DNA of 64,000 nt from Octopus sinensis. Lineage: Eukaryota. The stretch covers positions 134,292,001 to 134,356,000 of the forward strand of contig NC_042999.1 in NCBI RefSeq assembly GCF_006345805.1, given 5' to 3'. The position numbers and the translations under genes are program-made. A model generated the notes under the pieces. That model was not told the origin of the DNA and did no database searches. It saw only the letters and a program-made list of their open reading frames with translations. Shown piece after piece: positions 1-11,842 of the stretch. The stretch's first letter is position 1. Each line of letters opens with the position of its first letter.

Positions 1-1087
1 TACACACATATACATACTCATATATATGTGGGGATGCGTGCGCGCGTGTATATGTGTATAGCGGTGTGTGTATTTATACATATACAAACCCCCAACCACA
101 CAGCACATATGAATAGATGTATGTATGCAGCTGCGTATATTTTGTACATAAGTATATTTAACATGTATGTATATATGTATGTGCGGTCATGTGTGTGTAT
201 GTGCGCATTCATGCACATGTATAACTGTATGTATACACACAAATGCTTAAATCCGCATATATAAATCCATAACAATACGCCTCTTTACACACACATATAC
301 ATACATTGCTTCAAACATTCACACATCTTTAAATATATGTATGAACGATTTGCATCGCACATGCGTAAATACATGCATAAATACACACACACACACACAC
401 CACACATACACATACATACATACATACATACATACATACATACATACATACATACATACATACATACATACATACATACACGGAGACACACATGGACTTG
501 TATAATATGTAAGAAAGCCTTGATATATGTTATATGGTGACGTCCCCGTCCAGTAGTCAATTTACATGTCAGGTTGTAGTTATCAACGCTGTACCATAAA
601 ACTGTCCTTGCTGCGATCGAGAATACAATGGTTACATAGAACGATTTAAGAGAACGGTATAGCTTTCATTAATATTACCAGCACGTCACATGTCGTAAAT
701 TTACTGCCTTCTACACAGTCGCAAAAACGATATGTCTACTTACATGTATACATGCACGCAAACCATATATTATATATATATACACACACTCAGGTATGTG
801 CGTGTGTGTGTTTGTGTGTGTGTTTCTGTGTGTGTGTGTGTGTGTAAGGGAAAGAGAGATAGACAGAGACAGAGTGTGTGTGTGTGTATGTGTGTGTGTG
901 TCAGATACACACATGTATACAGAAGTACATATCTGGATATAAAGACACACACACACATTTATATATGTATATATAGAGTGAGAGAGAGAGAGGGAGAGAG
1001 AGGGAGAGGTGCTAGAGACAGACATACATACACACGCGATCACACTACACACCTATATCTACATAAGTATGTGTGGGTGTATGTATG

Positions 1088-1128
<41 letters not shown>

Positions 1129-1160
1129 TGTGTGTGCGCGTATGTGTGTGTGTGTACATG
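1..1160. repeat. Compound microsatellite block (TA, CA/GT, TACA, GA)
   Basis: Runs of (TACA)n at ~405-480, (GT)n at ~800-900 and ~1075-1150, and (GA)n at ~980-1005 are directly visible; ORFs here are YI/HT/VC repeats. Confidence 0.95.
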
Positions 1161-1499
1161 CATGTGCATATAGAACGAATTATCTCTTAGCCAAACGAAG
1201 AAAATAATACACTGAAGTAGGCTTTCACAAACAATACTGACCTTATACATGATGTCCAAATAACGCATTCAGTAATTCTAACTTTTGTATCATAGATCTA
1301 TCTTGGGTATTAAAGAGCTACTTGTCATACGCGCTTCAAGGTAGGCCTCAGCTAAGTAATACCCCTCATCAACGTTCGTGTAGAGTGGAAAGTAGAGAAT
1401 AACAGAAAACAGCTTGTTAAGACCTCTATTCACAAACTCCTTCCTATAAATGATATATCCCACGAAAAATATATTTTGGGTTTTCTTTTTACCTGCCAC

Positions 1500-1590
1500 A
1501 GATCTATTGGAAATGTCCAGTGAGTATCAAGTTTGAGACCCAGATGAGCACAAGAGTGCACAGCACTCTACCAACTGCTTAGCATTTAAG
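1500..1590 (-). mobile_element. Decayed tRNA-derived SINE head
   Basis: Minus strand reads GCTAAGCAGTTGGTAGAGTGC...GGGTCTCAAACTTG, i.e. degenerate Pol III A and B boxes without a foldable cloverleaf. Confidence 0.4.
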
Positions 1591-2509
1591 CCGCTCTTCG
1601 CTTGCAAGCTATCTGACATCACCCCTTAAGCTCGTCTTATGATTTCGAACTTTAGTTCTCTGTTTATCGCTGCCATAAAGTACTAAGCACTTCAAAGAAT
1701 TCTAATTACTCCTAATTGCTTCTCTCAGCAACTGCCACCCTCTCCAGTTTTCATCGGTCATCAGCAGATCATTTGCCACAACTATCTCCTCAGTCCGGTG
1801 GCCTGGCGTGCAAAGGATACAAGATCAACAAACCCTATTCTTACTCGACAGAGAGAAAATAAAAGACTATAAAATCAATCAGGCGACGAATTGTCTGAGT
1901 CCTTAGAGCGTCGACTATTTCCTCGATGGGTCCAAGTCCTGCCGAACTCAGCTTTACCTTTCATTTTTTCGGGCTTGTAACCAATCCAAGGCAATGGATT
2001 GAAAGAACTTTATGTCTGCGCTATTTGTTTCGGCTCTTTGCGCTCTGTCTTTTCATCTCGACATAGCCTATTTAAATAGTAAACTTTACTCATCACCCGG
2101 TTTAAAACAACCTCAATGTACCTTGGGTGCATTTGACGGAGTCTTCTCTATTGTAAGCATCTGGGCCAGGTTTACAGTTTCAAGATGATGCCATTCCCTC
2201 CCTCTATCTCTCTCTCTGTCTCTCTGTCTCTCTGTCTCTCTGTCTCTCTGTCTCTCTCTCTCTCTCGCTTGCTCGCTCGGTCCTATAACCGGTCGTGGGT
2301 AATACCTCCTCAATCGACGAAGATGAAAAGAAATTATCACCGGTTTGTGCTACAACCATAACATCAATTAAACACCCTGCACTACAAGCTTGTCTATTAC
2401 TCAGTGTGTCCACTGTCTAATGATGCAACTCGATCCCTGGATCTTATCAATACGTATGTATACACACTGTGTGCTGCATACAAAACATGCACATACAGAT
2501 ATACGTATA

Positions 2510-2562
2510 TACTACATATATATATATATATATATATATACAAAATACATACATACATACAT

Positions 2563-2634
<72 letters not shown>

Positions 2635-2641
2635 ATATATA
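2510..2641. repeat. (TA)n/(TACA)n microsatellite
   Basis: Directly visible. Confidence 0.95.
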
Positions 2642-2700
2642 CAAAGAGAGGAGAGAGAGACAAATGGCAAAAAATGGAGTTGACGACAATCTTTATTTAA

Positions 2701-2809
2701 AACCACTACAATTGTTTCGACGCATTATCGCTGTTGTAGTTCATAGGTGAGAAATGCTTGCAGTCAATATTTTATATCCCACGTGTATAATACGCCTCCT
2801 CAGGTGACT
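2701..2809 (-). ncRNA. Type-I hammerhead ribozyme, complete core, extended stem II, palindromic stem III
   Basis: Minus strand: AGUCAC CUGAGGA GGCGUAUUAU [58 nt] AUAAUGCGUC GAA ACAAUUGU A GUGGUU. Stem I 6 bp (2 GU), stem II 10 bp closing with G-C, self-complementary stem III, GUA cleavage triplet. Confidence 0.8.
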
Positions 2810-2881
2810 GCTTAAGCAAGTTCCTCGCTATATACTCTCATCTTTTCACTCAGTTTGATAATGTATACCTTGTGTGGTATA

Positions 2882-3085
2882 CATCCTTTCGGGATCGATT
2901 AAATAAGTACCATTTACGCACTGGGGTTGATATAATCGACTTAATCCGTTTGTGTGTACTTGTCCCCTCTGTGTTTAGCCCCTTGTGGGTAGTAAAGAAA
3001 TAGGTATTTCGTCCGTCTTTACGTACTGAGTTCAAATCCCGGCGAGGTCGATTTCGCCTTTCATCCTTTCGGGGTCGATAAATCA
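2882..3085 (+). mobile_element. SINE family A, partial dimer
   Basis: CATCCTTTCGGG.TCGAT..ATAAGTACC...TGTTTAGCCCCTTGTGGGTAGTAAAGAAATA then restarts at GGTATTTCG; near-identical to 4183-4982. Confidence 0.85.
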
Positions 3086-3090
3086 ATAAC

Positions 3091-3168
3091 CACTCACAAC
3101 GGTCTGAGAATCGAAACCGCGATCCTAAGACCGCGAGTCCGCTGCCCTAACCACTGGGCCATTGCGCC
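3091..3168 (-). mobile_element. SINE family D head (tRNA-like)
   Basis: Minus: GGCGCAATGGCCCAGTGGTTAGGGCAGCGGACTCGCGGTC...GGTTTCGATTC; matches 43385-43542. Confidence 0.75.
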
Positions 3169-4182
3169 TACACATTTGACTGGTACTTTTTCTACTAATC
3201 CCAAAATGATGCAGGGCAAAGATGATGACGTCGGGCTTCGAATTTACTTTAAAATATAGGAATGAACGCTACAAAGAATTTTTGTTCGACGCTCTAACAA
3301 TTCTAACATTTCCAAAAAAGTTTAATCAGAAGTTATAACAGCATCGTCTTTTAGTTTATTTATATACAGGTTTTATACCTTCGGTCTTCGAATTTACCCT
3401 AGGAAATGAAATGAAACAATGCTGAGACTTTCTACAGTCTTATATCAAGGATGTACAATAGTATATAAATATAATGGCGGAGATTGTTAAGCTGTATTTG
3501 CATTTCATTTGCTTGGGGGGAAATCGATATCCCTTTATATCTGCTCATAAATAAACTAAGGAATGATACCTCCATTGCTCTTAACTAATCTTTTTTTATT
3601 ATCATTAATGTGTGTGTGTGTGTAGTGGAAGCCGCTTATTGCGATCAATTGTGGCAATGACGACTTGATATCCGTGATTTTAATAAGCGGTTTCTAATGT
3701 TTTATGTATATGCGTGTGGAGACAGAGTGATAGACAGATAAACAAACGGGTAGAGAGACGGATACTGAGAGGAATGGAAGGAGGAGGAGTAAGTGATAGG
3801 ACAGATAAAAAGATATTACGGAACGAAGGAAAAAAAAGGTGAAATATAGGATGAGACCCAACAACAATAACAGTAAAAGTAAGACTGGTCGCAGAAAATA
3901 TCAACGATGACGTTGACAAAAGCAACAGCAACTATAATGAAAGTAACTTGGAAATATATTAAGACCAACGACGGAAGTAGCAATGACAATAATAATAGTA
4001 ACTCTATAAACAATTATACTATACCGTAGCCACAACTACGATATAGACAACGATGAAGCTGCCTTTCTGATATAGTCATTGACAAACTATGGTTCGCGCA
4101 ACTTTGTGAAAGGCAGGACAACGAAAAATTACTTCGAATTGTTTTAGCATGCAGCCCTCCTGATGAAGAATCATGTCTCATG

Positions 4183-4982
4183 TAAGGCGGCGAGCTGGCA
4201 GAAACGTTAGCACGCCGGGCGAAATGCTTAGTGGTATTTCGTCTGTCTTTACTTTCTGACTTCAAATTCCGCCGAGGTCGACTTTGCCTTTCATCTTTTC
4301 GGGGTCGATAAATTAAGTACCAGTTACGCACTGGGGTCGATGTAATCGACTTAATACCTTTGTCTGTCCTTGTTTGTCCCCTCTATGTTTAGCCCCTTAT
4401 GGGTAATAAAGAAATAGGTATTTCGTCTGCCGTTACGTTCTGAGTTCAAATTCCGCCGAGGTCAACTTTGCCTTTCATCCTTTCGGACTCGATAAATTAA
4501 GTACCAATTGTGTACTGGGGTCGATGTAATAGACTTAATCACCTTGTCTGTCTTTGTCCCCTCTATGTTTAGTTCCTTGTGGGTAGTAAAGAAATAAGAA
4601 ACGTTAGCACGCCGGACGAGATGCTTAGCGGTATTTCGTCTGCCGTTACATTCTGAGTTCAAATTCCGCCGAGGTCGACTTTACCTTTCATCCTTTCGGA
4701 GTCGATTAAATAAGTACCAGTTACGCACTGGAGTCGATATAATCGACTTAATCCGTTTTTTCTGTCGTTGTTTGTCCCCTCTGTGTTTAGTCCCATTTGG
4801 GTAGTAAAGAAATAGGTATTTCGTCTATCTTTACTTTCTGAGTTCAAATTCCGCCAAGGTCGACTTTGTCTTTCATCCTTTCGGGGTCGATACATTAAGT
4901 ACCAGTTGCGTACTGGGGTCGATCTAATCGACTGACCCTCTCCCTCAAAATTTCGGGCCTTGTGCCTTGAGCAGAATAGAAC
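4183..4982 (+). mobile_element. SINE family A tetramer with 11-bp TSD
   Basis: Four head-to-tail ~170-230 bp units starting TAAGGCGGCGAGCTGGCAGAAACGTTAGC; flanked by CATGTCTCATG at 4172-4182 and 4983-4993. Confidence 0.9.
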
Positions 4983-5329
4983 CATGTCTCATGAGGCTTG
5001 TTTCTTGAAAAAAAACGTTGTCCATGCCTACTCCATGTAGTCAACTGATAAGCTAGAAATAGTAGCAAACATCAGGCAAAGACGGTTGTGACTCTCTGGT
5101 TACTGCGTGCCCCACCCTAAAATGGAAGTGTGGGACCTATTTCATGGTGATGTAAGAAGAGGAAAACGGCAACTTTTTTCTATTTTATAAGGGTAATAAT
5201 ACCCAATCTTTCTACTGTTTTCACGGCTATACTACGTTCGAAATATTACCTTGTCTGTATAATACAATAAGCATTCGACGCTTCTAAAAGACAAAATAGA
5301 AGTTTGCTTACATATGTTGCTGTTGTTGC

Positions 5330-6480
5330 GTATAACAAAATGTTTATTTCCTCATTTTGCTAAAGTTTTCTGCAAGATTCCTTAAATTAATAAATAGCAT
5401 TCATGAATCGATCCAGTTCACTATAGAAATGAATGAAAGAAAACTCCCTTTTCTGGGTATTCTAATAATTAAAGAAAATGTAACAGTGACTGCCGATCTC
5501 TAATGCAAAGACACAGACACATAGCAACATTTAGACTTTAGATCTGGCCACCCTTCCCCTAAAAAAAGAAACATACTATTCAATATTGCATGGTATACAT
5601 ACTCAATAGTCACTGAGCCCAATAGATGAGAGAAACGACTGGTAGAACTGAATATATTCCTTAAAAAACAAATACTCACAAAAGGCTGATAACTCATGCC
5701 ATAAGCAAAGCCAAAGAAATCCCGGCCTTTGCCTTACGGAGAAACACTTACGCTGAGAGTGAAAATAAAAATACAAATATAAATATTCTATTTGTAGCGA
5801 TCCGTAATGCGAGGAACCACAACATCCTACTTTCATCCAAGCGACAGCTCCCAATTCTACATCAATCATCAAGTCTCCGACAAATAATTGAAAAGTTGCA
5901 AATCATCAACAGCCGAGAACAATCGCCAACGCTCAAGAGACTCCTAACATCGGAGAAAGAAAAATGCAGCAAATAAACTATGGAGACCCTCGTTGTGGGG
6001 TATGGAACAAAAAAAAACAACCAAGGGATTCAAGAATGGAAAGGAATTGAAAATAAATGCAAACATGAACTGGAAACAAAAAAATCTCATCAACTGCATC
6101 ACATGCCCACAATGCAATCAGAATTATATTGGAGAAACTGGGACAAAAGTAACCAGTCGTGTAAATGCGTATAAACAGCAAATTAAAGATTCATCTCTTA
6201 GAAATGTTTCATTTAGTAAACTTCTAGACATTTGTGCAAATGAAAAATTTTAAATATTTCCCTTTTACAAAATAAAAGCTGAAAATGATTAACTTTCGTA
6301 AGTCAAAAGAAGAATATTTTATAAGAATTCAAAATCCTGAACTAAACGTGAAATAATCAACACCATGACTAAAAACAATTTCCTCTATACGCATTAGGCT
6401 TGGAACACGCTTGTTTGAAAAGGTAAGTAACGAAAGCACTTATGTATACAATACACAAAATACGCACTATACATAAACTT
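5330..6480 (+). mobile_element. Decayed Penelope-like element 1 (RT thumb + GIY-YIG endonuclease)
   Basis: Manual translation: FLKLINSIHESIQFTIEMNERKLPFLGILI..DL*CKDTDT*QHLDFRSGHP..KRNILFNIA, then NLINCITCPQCNQNYIGETG and KEEYFIRIQNPELN. Contains stops and frameshifts. Confidence 0.85.
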
Positions 6481-6564
6481 CTTTTCTGACGTTGTTAAAT
6501 AAGAATTTTTTTAAAATACTTAATAACTTTTTAAAAATCTTTTTTAGTAATGCACACACACACA

Positions 6565-6604
<40 letters not shown>

Positions 6605-6905
6605 ACACACACACCACACACATACACAGAGTTTGTGTGTGGTGGGGTTAGGAGAATGCACACACAGAGTATGTGTGTGTGTGCGTGTAGGAGCATGCAA
6701 AATAAGCGTAATATAGATAACACAGAGTAATGCTTAGATGGATGAAAACTTAAATTTCAACTTAATCCATGGCTGGCGTCCACGGTATTAAAAACTACCT
6801 ATAATAACGATATTTGTCTGAGGGTAAAAAGATTGATATACACAAGTAGGCATAAACAGTTTATTTACATCAGCTGCAAAATACTGATCAGGGAATTAAA
6901 TAATC

Positions 6906-7075
6906 AAAAGGAGTTATGTAAACTTTTATCTCGACAGCTGTTTCGGGAGTCATAGCTTAAGCCATATCAGCATTGGCTAACATAACAGCTAACCTAGGTG
7001 ATCCTCCACGCTAGCAGGATAGCACATCGACCATCCTTCTCCCGAGTCGAGATAATACCTTACATAACTCCTTTT
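6906..7075. repeat. Inverted duplication containing a half hammerhead
   Basis: 6906-6949 is the imperfect reverse complement of 7039-7075; the left arm reads CGAAACAGCUGUC on the minus strand. Confidence 0.7.
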
Positions 7076-7302
7076 TTTCAGTTATCTTCTATTTCATGTA
7101 AATACATGCTTTAAGCCTGCTTCTGTTTATCTGCCTTCCTCCCTGTTCTCCCTCTCTCTCTCCCCCTCTTTGTTTGTCTTTCTGTTTTTTCTCTCTCTCC
7201 CTCTACATATATATGAGATATATGTTTGTGTGTTGCTATATATGTATGTATGTATACATACATATATATTATATATGTGGTATATATGTATGTATACATT
7301 GC

Positions 7303-7344
<42 letters not shown>

Positions 7345-7346
<2 letters not shown>

Positions 7347-8535
7347 ACGACCAGGAGGCCATAACTCGAATCTACACAACCGACAATGATGGGGTGAACC
7401 CCAAACAACAACATAGGAAAAATTTCTTTAGCCATTTCAAAAATTTAGGACTAAACATTACTATAGGTAAAGATGATCGTAGAGTGAATTTTCTTGACGC
7501 TACCTTCTGTCTTGATACTAGATTATTTGAACTATTTCATAAGCCAAACGATCATCCACCCTCGATTATACGGGGACTAGCTAAGAATATTTCTTCAAGA
7601 ATCTCTAGACTATCTGCTAACAATAAATTTTTCGAACCTCATGCATCTTACTATAATGGTGCTCTAGCTAAGGCTGGATACCGAGAAAAATTTCAATATA
7701 TACAAGATGCAGGCATAAGCAACACTGGTAATTCCTACAACTGCGATGCACATTGTATACCACCACAAAGTTACCGTTTGAGAACTCACTCGGATAAAGA
7801 ATACAGGCCAGAAAGAATTCGTCATATCAATGAACTACCAACGAAAACACATAGACACATGCGGCACAATAATTCAACAGCTTGTTCCAATCCTGTTCAA
7901 CACACTCGATCAAATAAGCCTAATAACAGATATAGGATTCAGGATGTCCTCTGGTTCAACCCAATTTTTGGTTTGCATGTATCAAGCAAGATCGCTGGGA
8001 AATGTTTTGCTGCTTTGGAGAAGTGTTTTCTTAAATCTAATCGGTACCATGCTATTTTTAATCGATACACCGTGAAGGCATCCTACGTCAACTCTGCTAA
8101 TTTAGAGCAGCTTTATGCATCATATAAACAATAGCAAAATGCGGCAAAGGTTCAATAAGCCATCTACTGGATCTAGCGAACATTTGCATCTAAATACCAA
8201 CCAAGGAGATGTAAACCGCATTGATAAACACCAACTACGACCAATTTGTAGTAGTAGAAATGCTCATGGTAACAACGGAGATATTTCCTCCATCTGGCTG
8301 TTTTTCTCTCTACAAAACGGAAAGTTACATTGTAGAACAATCATTTTAACGACTTGTATTTGTTTATTTATGTATTTATTTATTTATCACCCGACGAGAT
8401 ACATCTGCGCCACCGGATGCTCCTGAACCTGTTGTTGATTGTCCCACCCAAGAGGAATCGATACTAGATGTGTCGAAACAATTGTTGTGATTAATAAATG
8501 CTCGTAAATTCCATCTTCTATCTTTCATCTGTTAC
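7345..8535 (+). mobile_element. Decayed Penelope-like element 2 (RT C-terminus and linker, 3' end)
   Basis: ORF 7226..8134 contains VNFLDATFCL..HKPNDHPPSIIRGLAKNISSRISRLS..YYNGALAKAGY and WFNPIFG..IFNRYTVKASY, typical PLE motifs. The ORF's 5' part is only microsatellite. Confidence 0.8.
8445..8489 (+). ncRNA. Decayed hammerhead at the 3' end of PLE 2
   Basis: CAC CCAAGAG G...GUC GAA ACAAUUGU U GUG: stem I and palindromic stem III intact, CUGANGA core mutated. Confidence 0.55.
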
Positions 8536-8558
8536 ATATATATATATATATATATATA

Positions 8559-8636
8559 CTTTATTTAAAAGTAGCAGAAATTCAACAAAACCTGTTACTC
8601 GGAGTCTTGTTGAATTTCTGCTGGTTTTAAATAAAG
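8559..8636. repeat. Foldback element, 30-bp arms, between two (TA)n runs
   Basis: CTTTATTTAAAAGTAGCAGAAATTCAACAA / TTGTTGAATTTCTGCTGGTTTTAAATAAAG with an 18-nt loop. Confidence 0.9.
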
Positions 8637-8732
8637 CATATTAATCACCTCTGGTATTTGAGAACTCTTTTTTTTCACCTTGTTTCACATTTATGGTTTA
8701 CTCCGATATATATTATATATATATATATATAT

Positions 8733-8767
<35 letters not shown>

Positions 8768-9603
8768 TATTTATATATTATATATATATATATATATATA
8801 ATATATATGTAATATACATACATAACATACATACATACATACATACATACATACATACATACATACATACATACACACACACACCTGCACACACATATAT
8901 GCATAATTCCATAAATACACAAATATTTATACATGCATGTGTGTGTATGAGTGTTTGTATGTGTATGTGTCTGTGTGTGTGAATTTTGGTGAACGTTAAC
9001 TACGGTTCCCAGCATTACTTACAGAACTTGCATGGGCAATTACATTTGAATTTTTAACATTACTGCAATATTTTCATAATCTGTTCTCACCTCTCTCTCT
9101 CGCTCTCTCTTTCTCTTTCTCTCCCTGCCCCTTCTCTCTCTGTTCCTTTCCTTTCTCTCTTTCACAAGTAATGGTCGACCAGTCCACGAAGCGTCATGCA
9201 ATGACATAGTTACTCCAAGCTTCTTCATGAGATTTTAAAATAGCTTTTGTTATAAATGGGTTTTTGCGTAGATCTTGATTTTTGTTGGCACGCAATGTTG
9301 CTATTGCACTTTCACAATCTTTATAAAATAACTTGAGTACTTCAAGTCTGATATCTAATTTCATTGAAAAATGATGAAATGAACAATTTAAATGGATAAA
9401 CTGCTAAAACCCTGTTATTATGCATACAACGGTGACATACTTCGTCACCTCTTTTCCGTTTGATTAAAATGATTCGGTTATTAGTTTATTGAATATGTAT
9501 GTGCATGTGTGTTTGTATGCGTGCTTATATACCTAGAGAAATATACATGCTTACATGCAAATAGACACGCACACACATACACAAAGACATACATGCGTAC
9601 ATA

Positions 9604-9643
<40 letters not shown>

Positions 9644-9717
9644 GATAGATAGATTGATGGATATATAGATAGATGGATAGACATATAGATAGATAAGTAG
9701 ATAGATATGTATATATG

Positions 9718-9779
<62 letters not shown>

Positions 9780-9866
9780 GAAAATAATAATATTAGGGAG
9801 TATAACTCTAAACTTACAGGGAAAAATTAAATTTAGTATTAAATCAAATTTCACAATATAAATATA

Positions 9867-10014
9867 TAATATATAAATTAGAGAAAAAAACACTATTATG
9901 CAATTCAAACATTAATAGATATAAACCAAATCATAATTTTTAATTTATGATTTGGTTTATGTCTATCATTGTTTGAATTGCATAATAGTGGTTTTTTCTC
10001 TAATTTATATATTA
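9867..10014. repeat. Near-perfect palindrome, ~70-bp arms
   Basis: TAATATATAAATTAGAGAAAAAAACACTATTATGCAATTCAAAC...AAACCAAATCATAA mirrored after a ~8-nt loop. Confidence 0.95.
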
Positions 10015-10139
10015 TGTATGTATGTATGTATGTATGTATGTATGTACGTATATGTACATATATTTATGTATGTAAGTATGTATGTATTGTGTACATGTGT
10101 ATGTATACCACTATATCACTGGCTATCGAACGTCATTAT

Positions 10140-10345
10140 ACGTCACTGACCACGATGCACTTCCAGTTCCTTTTTCATTGCCCCGTTTTTTTCCATCTTG
10201 ACCCAAATCTTTTGACTAAATCGTCTTTCCATCGTGGTGAAGGCTTTCTCAGGTTCCAGCTGCTGTCTGTGAACCTTGCAGTATGTACGACCCTACGGAA
10301 CTTCTATTTTCGGTATTCACTCATTCCGCTCTCTTCTCGAATTAC
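10140..10345 (-). mobile_element. RTE-type LINE 3' fragment
   Basis: Minus translation KFRRVVHTARFTDSSW..RKPSPRWKDDLVKRFGSRWKK resembles the RTE C-terminal GHxAR..W..GRP..RW.DD..W pattern. Confidence 0.55.
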
Positions 10346-10476
10346 CGAAATATGTAACTTCTAATTGTTAAAATCTGTCTAACTGTTAAAATCTCTCAAT
10401 ACAGCGAAACTTAAATGTAAATCTCCCATCTTAAAACCTTATCTTCCCACCTGAGGTGTTTTCTATGCACTTTGAG

Positions 10477-10543
10477 TTGCATCTGATGTTATTGCATCGT
10501 TCCACACCCACAAGGGAACAATGCATGAAACAATTGTTATCAA
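10477..10543 (+). ncRNA. Hammerhead motif with mutated core
   Basis: UUGCAU CUGAUGU UAU UGCAUCGUUCC [loop] GGAACAAUGCA U GAA ACAAUUGU U AUCAA: stem II 10 of 11 pairs, same stem III as at 2701; A9 altered. Confidence 0.6.
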
Positions 10544-10791
10544 TATTTTTGTTGATACATTCCGTCTTCTCTTTTTTATCGTTATTATATACCCAACGTT
10601 CATCCTGGAATACCTGAAATTATTACCATGTTGTTGCTGGTAATCATAAATGGTAAACGTGTTTCGCGGACACACGATCTAGGACTTAACCTTAAATAAG
10701 GTTTGATACTGTATAACACGTATTTTCTTAACCTTAATTCTCTAACCTATACTGATTATATATATATATATATATATATTATATAATATAT

Positions 10792-10825
<34 letters not shown>

Positions 10826-11151
10826 AATATATATATCTATATATATATGTATATATATAGAAACTGAGAATGTGTGTGGTGTCTGTCTAAAAACTCAAGA
10901 AACTACCCAGCCGATTCATTCAAAATTTTACGTCACAAAAGTGAAACAATAACATCTCATTGTATGAATAAGATAATACTTTCAGTTTTAATAGTGAAGT
11001 TATTAATACTTTCACTTTGTATATATATATATATATATTAATTTCCTTTTTATTACTTTCACTATGATATATTTATGTATGTATATGTATGTATAAGTAT
11101 ATTATGTATGTATGTATGTATGTAGTATATATATATATATATATTATATAT

Positions 11152-11182
<31 letters not shown>

Positions 11183-11242
11183 GATTATATATAATATATA
11201 TATGTGTGTGTGTGGTGTGTGTGTGTGTGTATGTATCGTGAA

Positions 11243-11440
11243 GTATATTTGTCACCTAAATGTGGCTGACCGATACTACTGTAGTTTATAGCTCTAGGAA
11301 GACATCTCTTCAGCTGGCTAACGAATGCACTAATCTCTGTCCCGACCAGTATTTGCGGAAGGAAGGAATCATCGTTCCCATCTCTAGCCGGACGTGATAA
11401 ACACGGGCTGGGTTTATGGGTCGTCAGCGTGTGACAATCA
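11243..11440 (+). mobile_element. One-armed copy of the 18325-18595 foldback element
   Basis: Shares ATATTTG.CA.CTAAATGTGG, AGGAAGACATCTC..CAGCTGGC and CATCTCTAGCC..ACGTGATA with 18325-18595; right arm absent. Confidence 0.7.
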
Positions 11441-11763
11441 CCGGTTTATGGTTGTTTTGGGATTGTCTTCCTCTTTTTGGATTTACTATATATATATATA
11501 TATATATATAGATATATCTATAAATATATATATAATATATATTATGTGTGTGTGTGGGGTGTGTTTGTGTGTGTGGGTGTGTGTGTTTGTGTGTGGTATG
11601 TAATATGTATATATGTGTATATGTATATATAGATGTGTATGTATATATATAGATATATAGATATATATTGTATACATATTTGTATAATTTGATATATAAA
11701 TGTATATATGCATAATATTTATGTATTATATAATATAGATATATATGTATGCATGTATGCAAT

Positions 11764-11815
<52 letters not shown>

Positions 11816-11842
11816 AATATATAATACATATATATATATATG

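Noticed and set aside
4183-4982. CRISPR-like or satellite reading of the repeated units (also 59215-59735)
   Set aside because: Eukaryotic DNA, no unique spacers, no cas genes; the 4.2-kb units are SINE monomers.
4155-5015. Hammerhead split by the SINE tetramer (CUGAUGA AGAA...UUCU UGAAA in the reconstructed empty site)
   Set aside because: Stems I and III cannot be closed; too weak to call.
6418-6430. Perfect splice donor AAG/GTAAGT
   Set aside because: Lies inside the PLE 1 3' end; no independent exon evidence.
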